In this document: positions 8,955-16,804 of the stretch, in pieces
Layout: the number at the start of each line of letters is the position of its first letter
Position numbering within the stretch: the first letter of the stretch is position 1
IMG/VR virus record: IMGVR_UViG_3300024239_000015
Span: 1-64,000 of that record
Reading direction: 5' to 3' (one strand)
DNA: 64,000 bases
Translations under genes and position numbers: made by a program
The notes under the pieces: generated by a model
The model's input: the letters and a program-made list of their open reading frames with translations, nothing else
What the model was told of the DNA's origin: nothing
Database searches by the model: none

Positions 8955-10441
8955 CTTGTTCTCCCTGCTTCTGTGTGCGGTGTGTAGTTTTGCATAGGCA
9001 TGTTATCCATCCCTACGTGTGAAAGTAAATTGTCTACGTCAGCAGACAATGAAACCAACGACTGACGGTCGGTACCGATCAGCGGTGTGTACAGACTATT
9101 GGCGAATGTCGGTGCAATAAAACGCACGAACGGTTGACCGTTGATACTGACGTCAATGGTGGTCGTACCCATCAAGTCAGAGAACACATTCAGTGTAACA
9201 ACCAATGCACCCTGACGAGTTAAACCTGGCATCAGCTCCCGTGTAATACACTGACCAAAGTGCGCTACGTATTGAGAGATATCCAAGTTACGTACGTAAG
9301 AACGTGGAGCATCCGAACCACTGGGGTCGTTCGAGATCACGTTAAAACGATACGAACCATCGTGTGTGGCGTTAGTCAAAGTAAAGTTACAGTACCCTAA
9401 CATAAACTTCCACATCATCGATGCCATCACAGACAATACCATACTGGCAGCCACCTGTTCGTTGGAGTTACCTTCCCAATTACAGGAGTGTCCTGGCGTG
9501 TAAGCTGCCATACGCTCTGCTTGACTGAATGGGAAAACTTCTGTCACGTGCGACAAATGCGCACACAGACCTTCCAATTCACACAGCTGAATGTAACCAC
9601 GACTACGCCAGTCGTATGCGTAGGACATCGTATCCAGCACACCGATGTTACTGACTTGGTTCTCAGCAACAATGCCTCGTGCGTGACGATGTAGGTCGCG
9701 TTGTTCTGCGTCCATCACGTCCACGCTGGTAGACGCTGCTGTAAAGCCTTGGAAAACTTTCTCAGCCCAGCGGCTAGGAATCGCGTTATCCGTACGGCTT
9801 AACTGCGCACCCGCTTGGAAGCTGGTACGTCCGTCAAACAGTTGTATCCCCGGCTGGTTGTATTGCGAAGGGATGGCTAGACTGGAGAACACATCCACGG
9901 GACGTAACGCTTGCTCGTTGCGTAAACCTGACTGATACCCACTGGCAGCTAAGCCTTTGAGAATCATGTCAGCATCCAGCAGGGTTGTGATTGTCTGTGG
10001 TCCGTTTGGTCCATTAACGATCTGATCTCGTACCCGAATGACATTGGTGAAATACAAGGCCATCTTCGGATCAAGTGCCGTACTACCTGGAGCGTACCCG
10101 TAGTGGTCCGTGTAGCCCGTCAGGATTGTACGTAACCCCACACCCATCGCGTTCTCTTGTAGTTCCATAATGAAACGAAACCGTGCTTCAGACCAGCCGT
10201 TGATGATCCCTGGCGTACGGAACGTCTCAGCACTTGGCATGATAAACTGACCTGCGACACCAGACAACGTCGTGTGGTCTAAGAACTGACCGTGCTGAGT
10301 CGCTTCTTGAAACGCATTCAGTACCTGCCCCGTTACGTGACTCGTGAGCGGACGCCCCACCATCTCTGCAAATCGGTCGGTTTCAAACAACTGAAACATA
10401 GTCACGTGCAGTTGTTGTGAATTCCCATTGACTTGGCTCAT
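8945..10441 (-). CDS. picA: Probable nuclear import factor PicA/Imp1 (phiKZ gp69-like)
   Basis: 498 aa, directly downstream of the sigma-like nvRNAP subunit, matching the conserved gp67-68-69 order; GWSEARFRFIMEL-type N-terminal motif. Confidence 0.65.
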   Translation of the reverse strand: MSQVNGNSQQLHVTMFQLFETDRFAEMVGRPLTSHVTGQVLNAFQEATQHGQFLDHTTLSGVAGQFIMPSAETFRTPGIINGWSEARFRFIMELQENAMGVGLRTILTGYTDHYGYAPGSTALDPKMALYFTNVIRVRDQIVNGPNGPQTITTLLDADMILKGLAASGYQSGLRNEQALRPVDVFSSLAIPSQYNQPGIQLFDGRTSFQAGAQLSRTDNAIPSRWAEKVFQGFTAASTSVDVMDAEQRDLHRHARGIVAENQVSNIGVLDTMSYAYDWRSRGYIQLCELEGLCAHLSHVTEVFPFSQAERMAAYTPGHSCNWEGNSNEQVAASMVLSVMASMMWKFMLGYCNFTLTNATHDGSYRFNVISNDPSGSDAPRSYVRNLDISQYVAHFGQCITRELMPGLTRQGALVVTLNVFSDLMGTTTIDVSINGQPFVRFIAPTFANSLYTPLIGTDRQSLVSLSADVDNLLSHVGMDNMPMQNYTPHTEAGRTRWG

Positions 10442-10454
10442 ACGACTCCTTTTT

Positions 10455-12002
10455 CTATTGGTTAATACGGATGACTAAACTGGCTAAAAAGACTTTGATA
10501 TCCGCAGGGAATACTTTTCCATGAGGGTTGGTTAACCAATTGGTTTTCTCCAATAACTCTGGAGGACCATTCAGCTCCCACACTAAGTCGTTTCCTAACG
10601 TCACTACCGCGTCAATCCCACGGATAGCTTCATTGTGAACGATCTCTTTCTTTCCTACCCCTTGGATCTGAGCGTGTTTACTCAGAGTTTTCCCTTTGAG
10701 TTGCTGGTAGTAAGGAAACAGCTTACGTAACTGCTCTACCTGCTCATCAGTGATTGGGTTTCGACGACTCCCGTAGATGGTATCTTCCGGAGTTCGTTTC
10801 CAGAACGCGCTAATAAGTGCAGCTAGATCGTAATACTCCCAATGCCACAGGACTGCCTTTACTGCAGCAAACACTTTGATTGTTTCTTCTGCATCCAAGT
10901 GTGGAATGGCATGCGGAGAAAGATCAGCGAGCTTCACCAGCCACTGCACCAGCGTTTGTTGGATAGGGTGAGGTGCGTACCGTGCAGATTCCCACAACAC
11001 CGCCCAGCACCGATCTACGTACGCCTCAGGCACCGTAGAATCGATTCTACGGGCAAATACCAACGCGTTCTGAGTATGGACCTTATACAACTGAGAATCC
11101 AACTCCGTCACGTCTGTGCGGTTTTTGTAGCCTTCGGGTAAAGACGTGTTATCAGGTTCGTTGTCGTTCCCGTCCTGAGGTTTCTTGTTGCGAATTGCAC
11201 CACCGTATTTGTTGTTCAGCCCATCTAAAGTAGACCTTACAAAGTTGTAAAGCGTTGCTACCAGATTCACAGGCTCCGTGTCTTCTCCTTTATAAGGGAG
11301 TTCACAGGTTGTGAGTTTACGAACGATCGCCATCGCAGTCACGTAGTCTGGTAATGTCACTGTCCCTAAGGAGTTTAACACCGCGGCTTCAGAACGGTCT
11401 GCGTTCTCCACGTGGTGTCGGATATACAGAAACATGCGTTCGTACGCTTCTGATGTCACGTAATCCGTGTCCTCCAGAATACTCGCAGCATGATACTCTT
11501 TGAACTGCACGCCGTACGAGTCTTTCACGTTTGCGCAGTACACTGCAAACAAAGGCAGCAGTGGTCGACTACGTAACACTAACGCCAGTAACGCACGGTA
11601 CTCTGATGTCACGTACGTGATCTCTTTTGGGAAACCGTCGTCGTAGTGCTCTTTGATGTCAGGGTGGTATTTGATCTGACATTCGTTTTCTGCCCAGAGT
11701 ATGGTTTCTTCAATCGGGTGGTTGTCCATCAACATTCGAAAGTCTTCAATCAACCGTTCGTGCATCCGGTCGGGGTTTTCAATGTTGTGGAGTTTGTAGT
11801 GCATGTCCTTGTAAGTGTCAAAGATCAACTGTTGGCGGTGCTGTGGTATTTTACTCCAGTAGTGGTTAATGTCCCGTACGACACGGTCGGGTCGGTCTGT
11901 GGCTAAAAACCCAGACACTACCCAACGCAGCTGCTCTCCTTGGTGCTCTAAGACCAATGTCTTGGTGGGAGACATCGGGCAGTAAGCGGTATGAAAATGC
12001 AT
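10455..12002 (-). CDS. Non-virion RNAP fifth (sigma-like) subunit, phiKZ gp68-like
   Basis: 515 aa, helical, positioned between the ChmC-like and PicA-like genes. Confidence 0.7.
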   Translation of the reverse strand: MHFHTAYCPMSPTKTLVLEHQGEQLRWVVSGFLATDRPDRVVRDINHYWSKIPQHRQQLIFDTYKDMHYKLHNIENPDRMHERLIEDFRMLMDNHPIEETILWAENECQIKYHPDIKEHYDDGFPKEITYVTSEYRALLALVLRSRPLLPLFAVYCANVKDSYGVQFKEYHAASILEDTDYVTSEAYERMFLYIRHHVENADRSEAAVLNSLGTVTLPDYVTAMAIVRKLTTCELPYKGEDTEPVNLVATLYNFVRSTLDGLNNKYGGAIRNKKPQDGNDNEPDNTSLPEGYKNRTDVTELDSQLYKVHTQNALVFARRIDSTVPEAYVDRCWAVLWESARYAPHPIQQTLVQWLVKLADLSPHAIPHLDAEETIKVFAAVKAVLWHWEYYDLAALISAFWKRTPEDTIYGSRRNPITDEQVEQLRKLFPYYQQLKGKTLSKHAQIQGVGKKEIVHNEAIRGIDAVVTLGNDLVWELNGPPELLEKTNWLTNPHGKVFPADIKVFLASLVIRINQ

Positions 12003-12060
12003 AGCTTGTACCTTCTTTTATTTATCCAGCCTTCGCGATTGATTGGGGCTAGTCCTAACA

Positions 12061-12073
12061 ATAATGTATATCT
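12061..12073 (-). promoter_or_regulatory. Putative early promoter motif AGATATAnATTAT
   Basis: 23-bp block gtcctaacaataatgtatatctg (12052-12074) is identical to 61472-61494. Confidence 0.6.
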
Positions 12074-12141
12074 GAAAACTTGTCGAGTGCTGAGGAACAT
12101 AGAAGAGGAGAGCGAAATGCTCTCCTCAGTATGTTGTTTAC

Positions 12142-12921
12142 TTAGAACGGTAAACCGTCGTCGGCGTCATCCCAACCGCCGCCTGCTGCAGGTTTGTCAC
12201 CACCGGAGTCTCCTCCTTTGTTGTACCCACCGCCGTTACCGCCTTTGTTGTAGCCACCTTTATTGTAGCCACCACCACCGCCTTTGTTATAACCGCCACC
12301 GCGGTTGGCTTTGTTGGCTTCTTTCGCTGCTTCGATTTCTTCTTTGGTTTGGAAACCATCGTGGTAGTTTTGACGGACTAAGTATTCCATCCGCGCAGCG
12401 TACTCACGCGCCAAATACATCGACACGTCTGCTTCACTTAATGAATTGCCGTCAGCGTCTACCAGAGCAAACCATTCATCGTCCGTAAACGCGAATTGAA
12501 TCATCGGACGGTTTTGGTACTCAGGAGCTACACACGCGATGTATACCACACCGTCTTTGTTTTTCCCTACGTACAGCTTAGAGATCTCTTCAGGTTTCTC
12601 TGAGCGCTTTCCGTTCGGATACGTGAAGTTACGGTTTAATACCGCAATGCGTTTGCCTGCTGGCCACTCTGGTTTAGACGCGTCTTTGATCAACTCAATG
12701 AACGCACCAAAGATAGGCAGTGACATGTTTGCTTCAATCACGCCTTTGTTTTTATCCCCTGCTACACCCGTGTACACTTTCGCTTGCACTTGGTTGTAGC
12801 GAATCGCTACACGAAAGACCGGTTTGATAGGACGATCATCGCGTTGCTCTGCGTTGCGATGGGCTGGCGCTGTCAGTGATAACTTCCATTCGCCTAATGA
12901 GTTTTTTGTCGTTTCGGACAT
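12142..12921 (-). CDS. chmC: Probable ChmC (nucleus-associated single-stranded nucleic acid-binding protein, phiKZ gp67-like)
   Basis: 259 aa directly upstream of the gp68-like gene; beta-rich core plus a Gly-rich tail of GGYNK repeats ending DDADDGLPF. Confidence 0.65.
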   Translation of the reverse strand: MSETTKNSLGEWKLSLTAPAHRNAEQRDDRPIKPVFRVAIRYNQVQAKVYTGVAGDKNKGVIEANMSLPIFGAFIELIKDASKPEWPAGKRIAVLNRNFTYPNGKRSEKPEEISKLYVGKNKDGVVYIACVAPEYQNRPMIQFAFTDDEWFALVDADGNSLSEADVSMYLAREYAARMEYLVRQNYHDGFQTKEEIEAAKEANKANRGGGYNKGGGGGYNKGGYNKGGNGGGYNKGGDSGGDKPAAGGGWDDADDGLPF

Positions 12922-12988
12922 AGAACCTTTCCTTTTATTAAAAGTAGTTTTGATGTGTGTCGTCCTATTATTACACGCTCTGTGTAAA

Positions 12989-13810
12989 TTAAGACGTTAA
13001 GACTTTCAGAAGCATCATTCGTTCCACAGGGTCTTTGTGTTTGTTGATAGAAGCACGTATCCGATCGTCGCTGGACATACTCGTCCAGTGGTCAGCTTTT
13101 GCCATCCCCAGCACCAGCTGTTTGACCTTAAAGGGTTTTTGTTTCAGTAGCGTGTTGTTATCCCCAAAGATCTGCAAGCCAAATCGCCCAAAAGGAATAC
13201 AGTCGAGCTCTTTCCCGTTAGTGTACTTCGTGTGCCACAACGTGTACCCTTTGATTGCTCCTGTGTGAGACTCTAAAAGTTGCAACTGTGGGAAGTAAGG
13301 TTTCGCTAACAAGTCACAAGGACTATGGGTTAGGATCGTCGTCGCTTGCTTGAGTCCGGGATGACGAGTCGCTACGCGTTCCCACGGTTCTGTTTTCTGA
13401 CGCTGTAGATGCGCAAAGACGTGTTGTTCTAACGCCACTTGAAACTTCTGAGCAGGAGTGGTGATTTCCCGAAGCTCAGCGTAAGGAAGTATCCGCTGTA
13501 AGTCGGAGTACGTCGGGTAGTAAAACTGCACTTGCGTGACTTGCCCTGTTAAAGGCGGAAGCTCACGATGGATAAACGCGAGCTCATCCAGTAGCACCGT
13601 CGCTAAGTCTTCCGCCTTTACACGCAACAGGACGTCTTTCTCTACGGATTCCATTAAGTTACGCAGAACCGTCCGCACGTTCACCAAAAGAAAAGGCGTT
13701 TGTGTTTTTTTCTCTTTTACGTAGGCTTCGATGGCCAACGCTGTCCCAATCGACAGCGTGGACATTTCTTCTCCACACGCTCTGCTTTGTAACGCTAAGA
13801 CACCTCGCAT
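12989..13810 (-). CDS. Conserved jumbo-phage protein (gp66-like position)
   Basis: 273-aa ORF between the SbcD-like and ChmC-like genes; likely start at MSTLSIGT. Confidence 0.6.
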   Translation of the reverse strand: MRGVLALQSRACGEEMSTLSIGTALAIEAYVKEKKTQTPFLLVNVRTVLRNLMESVEKDVLLRVKAEDLATVLLDELAFIHRELPPLTGQVTQVQFYYPTYSDLQRILPYAELREITTPAQKFQVALEQHVFAHLQRQKTEPWERVATRHPGLKQATTILTHSPCDLLAKPYFPQLQLLESHTGAIKGYTLWHTKYTNGKELDCIPFGRFGLQIFGDNNTLLKQKPFKVKQLVLGMAKADHWTSMSSDDRIRASINKHKDPVERMMLLKVLTS

Positions 13811-14934
13811 TGCAAGTCCTCCAGTAATTGTACCACACGTAACTGTAGCTCAGCCGTAACACCTGTACGCGTCATACGTTCTTTCACTAAGTGAGGTAAG
13901 TTTGTTGCGGTGAGTGACGTGCCACGAAATACAGGAACGTCTGTAGGGTCTACACGACTCTCTGTTAGCTCTTCTTCACGTACCCCTTTGGTGTCCCAAT
14001 AGAACTGAGGAAACTCTTGTCGTAAAGCTGCTACGCCCCTTAGAATCGAGTCTGTACTACTGGCTTTGACACGTAAGTAACTACGAGCAGGAGTGCTCTG
14101 TGCGATTTCACGTATCTCGTCATACGCCGCTTCTAACGACAGACCGATGCAGTCAATCGTTCGGTACACTTTCGCTTCTGCGTTCTCTACAAACGCCCAC
14201 CCTTTACGAGAGCCTCTCACCCACACTCGTAAGTGTCCTTTCGGTGCTTCTTCGTTATGGGCGAGTCGGTTGTGGGAACCCGCCACGAGGATGTTCCCAC
14301 GGTGTGAGTGTTGGTGGATATGCCCACAGAGTATGTACTGCCTAGCTAACGGCTGCCACTCACTGCTACTGTGCGTAGCGTGTGGTACATGCGGTGGGAG
14401 TTGATACTCAAACGCGCCATGCATGAAAATGAAATCCACTTGCGCTAAGCCGTGAGACTCTAAAAGGCGCACCGCTTGACGGTGTGTATCCGCTGGATCG
14501 ATGCTCCACTCATCCGGTACGTATAAAACCGTCATCCCGTTCGGGAGGGTTTCGATTTCTAACTGCTCTGCGTAATAGAGCTCACAGTCTATTCGCAGTA
14601 GACGGTTTAATGTCACTAAAAGTCTGGACTGTTTCCAATCGTGGCTCGGTGTACCTTCCAGTACCCGTAACCAAATGTCGTGTTCTTTGCAGTAGCGGAG
14701 TAACCATTCAAAAAACTCATGAATGTCAGTCACACAGTGCGCACTTAATTGCAAGTCACGGTCAAACAAGTCCCCTTGAAACGCAATACAACTCACCAGC
14801 TTGGGGTTCTCAGCAAGGATTGCTTTCTTTACCCCAGCGATGATCTCTTCCGTCGGAGTCCGGTGGTGTCCTAAGTGGACGTCGTGAAAACTTAATAACG
14901 TGAATCCCTCACGCCCAATCGTCGTCTGTGTCAT
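13795..14934 (-). CDS. SbcD/Mre11-like metallophosphoesterase nuclease (phiKZ gp65-like)
   Basis: FHDVHLG, GDLFD, GTPSHD, FMHG and GHIH motifs. Confidence 0.88.
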   Translation of the reverse strand: MTQTTIGREGFTLLSFHDVHLGHHRTPTEEIIAGVKKAILAENPKLVSCIAFQGDLFDRDLQLSAHCVTDIHEFFEWLLRYCKEHDIWLRVLEGTPSHDWKQSRLLVTLNRLLRIDCELYYAEQLEIETLPNGMTVLYVPDEWSIDPADTHRQAVRLLESHGLAQVDFIFMHGAFEYQLPPHVPHATHSSSEWQPLARQYILCGHIHQHSHRGNILVAGSHNRLAHNEEAPKGHLRVWVRGSRKGWAFVENAEAKVYRTIDCIGLSLEAAYDEIREIAQSTPARSYLRVKASSTDSILRGVAALRQEFPQFYWDTKGVREEELTESRVDPTDVPVFRGTSLTATNLPHLVKERMTRTGVTAELQLRVVQLLEDLQCEVS

Positions 14935-15469
14935 CGTCAGTCAGCCATGTCTGTGACAACGCCTGTGTGCTCACGCTCGACTCCGTCGTCCCAGTGACGA
15001 TTCCATACCGTTGCAAAATCGCAGCCCACGCTTTGGAGTGGTCTGGAGTTTGCTCTCTACGGGTGGTGTAAAGCCCCTGTAAGGTTTTAGGAAGGGCGAT
15101 ATCCATCGAAAGGTTAAACGCTCTGGCTTTACTTTGGAGTTGGTCTACGACCGTAGAGATGCTTTGTCTCTCGTCGTATTTCGTGTAGGTAGTAGGCGTT
15201 GCAAATAAAGGAGGTACAGTAAATAAGAGCTGCCCGTTTTTTACAACGTGTACAGGTTTGAATTGTCCTCCTTGGAACCCTCCTCCTGCTAACTCTACCC
15301 AAGGCGTTAAGTCGACTTTCTGAGTCGCTGTGAGTAAAGGTAAGTACTTACTGACAAACACATGCTCTTCTACACTTACGATTCGACTTCGGTTTTCATT
15401 AATGAGCGTATCCATCGCTTCATTCATTTCTATCAACCCTAAGTCTTCTAAACTACGTGCGTTAGCCAT
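14909..15469 (-). CDS. Hypothetical conserved protein (186 aa, acidic C-terminus)
   Basis: Coupled overlaps with both neighbours. Confidence 0.7.
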   Translation of the reverse strand: MANARSLEDLGLIEMNEAMDTLINENRSRIVSVEEHVFVSKYLPLLTATQKVDLTPWVELAGGGFQGGQFKPVHVVKNGQLLFTVPPLFATPTTYTKYDERQSISTVVDQLQSKARAFNLSMDIALPKTLQGLYTTRREQTPDHSKAWAAILQRYGIVTGTTESSVSTQALSQTWLTDDDTDDDWA

Positions 15470-15875
15470 TGATCACCTCAATCAAGTCCTGTAGTTTCCC
15501 ATTACTGAGTTCTAACACTTTTGATAAGTCATACACGATCCCGTCTCGTTGAACTTGGATCGACAAGTTGATGTTATACCGTGCTGCTTCTATGTTATTA
15601 GGATACGTCACCGCTGTGCTCACACTGACTGTTGTAAACCAACGTGACAAATACGACGTCAGTACAGAGTCCAGTTGCGTACTAAACGCTTCTGGGTCTT
15701 GTCCATACTCACCCACTAAATACGCCATACTACTGATACTTCCAGCATACAGCTCAGACTTCGAATACTTTGCGGTAAGAAAGTCAGCCATGCACTGATC
15801 CAACGTTTCAATCGTTCCTGTCAACCACCCTTTTCCACCTAGGTTTATACCTACTGCTACCATACCTTCCTCCAC
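15462..15875 (-). CDS. Hypothetical conserved protein (137 aa)
   Basis: ORF with stop/start overlap to the downstream gene. Confidence 0.7.
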   Translation of the reverse strand: MEEGMVAVGINLGGKGWLTGTIETLDQCMADFLTAKYSKSELYAGSISSMAYLVGEYGQDPEAFSTQLDSVLTSYLSRWFTTVSVSTAVTYPNNIEAARYNINLSIQVQRDGIVYDLSKVLELSNGKLQDLIEVING

Positions 15876-15886
15876 GTCATTCCACC

Positions 15887-15925
15887 AAAAAAAAAAGAAA
15901 GAGCCCGAAGGCTCTTTGCTTTTTT
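15887..15925 (-). terminator. Intrinsic terminator (A- and T-runs on both sides)
   Basis: aaaaaaaaaagaaagagc-ccgaag-gctctttgctttttt. Confidence 0.75.
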
Positions 15926-15931
15926 ATTCAT

Positions 15932-16540
15932 TTACCCCAATGCCCCATTGAGCTCATCGGTGGTGTCAATCCCTTCTGCAAATCCAGCTACCATAACATC
16001 GATACTGTACCGAATGTCTAGTTTCTGTTGCGTACTTAAAGGAATCTCGTCGTCGTCCCCTACGACACAAACCCGTACTAAAGGTCCTTCGTCGTCAAAG
16101 TTGACTTGTCCACTGTAAACACGACAGTAGTCATCGTGGTCCCAACGAGACACACCCGGCTGTAGGTCGACATACCGCTCTCCAAACCCATGACAGCGTT
16201 GGTCGTGGTACACGTCCCGGATCTCAGGAGCCACCATCAACCACCGTACCATTTCTTGTGGAGCGTTCTGTACCTCTTCATACGTTGACAACCGATGGAT
16301 ACTGTTGACTTGTGTGAAGCTTTCCGTCCGAGCACGTAACGCGTCTGCAATCACTAACGCGTGTGAGTCAACCAAAGTTGACGCGTGTGCAATCGCTTGG
16401 TCGTACTGAGCCCGTCCAAGCTCAGTTAACCCACTGACGTAATCGTGTCGTTGTGTCTCTACGTACTGGAGTACGTTTTGATGTGGACGTCCGTAAGCCG
16501 CAGCATGTTGCAGCGCACGGCCTCCTTCTACCACTCGCAT
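15932..16540 (-). CDS. Conserved nucleus-block protein directly downstream of beta'-N
   Basis: ATG abuts the TAA of the reconstructed beta'-N exon 3 (GGAGG RBS inside that exon). Confidence 0.7.
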   Translation of the reverse strand: MRVVEGGRALQHAAAYGRPHQNVLQYVETQRHDYVSGLTELGRAQYDQAIAHASTLVDSHALVIADALRARTESFTQVNSIHRLSTYEEVQNAPQEMVRWLMVAPEIRDVYHDQRCHGFGERYVDLQPGVSRWDHDDYCRVYSGQVNFDDEGPLVRVCVVGDDDEIPLSTQQKLDIRYSIDVMVAGFAEGIDTTDELNGALG

Positions 16541-16804
16541 TTATACCTCCAGGTTTTTAAATTGCGCCAGTTGGTGGTCTGGGTCATACCGTTCTATAGG
16601 CAACTCAAACCGTTTTGCTGACGCTTCATCTCGATACAGCCAGTTAGCTATCGTAGCAATAGTTGCACTGTGTAGTGCAATTACACGACTGACTTTACGA
16701 GGCGTACCGTGGTCTAATACCCCTTTGTGAGGCGCTAGTTTCCTAAGCGCTTCAAATTGCTCCCTGTCTAATGCGACAAGGGCATTTAATGCATCACCGT
16801 CAAA
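16541..16804 (-). CDS. beta'-N exon 3 (87 aa, not in the ORF track)
   Basis: TTT GAC GGT GAT GCA = FDGDA... open to TAA at 16541; preceded by the intron terminal G at 16805. Confidence 0.9.
   Translation of the reverse strand, partial: FDGDALNALVALDREQFEALRKLAPHKGVLDHGTPRKVSRVIALHSATIATIANWLYRDEASAKRFELPIERYDPDHQLAQFKNLEV

Noticed and set aside
12180-12305. Short direct repeats (gcctttgtt(g/a)ta) as a possible CRISPR or tandem array
   Set aside because: They are the codons of the GGYNK protein repeats, with no spacers.
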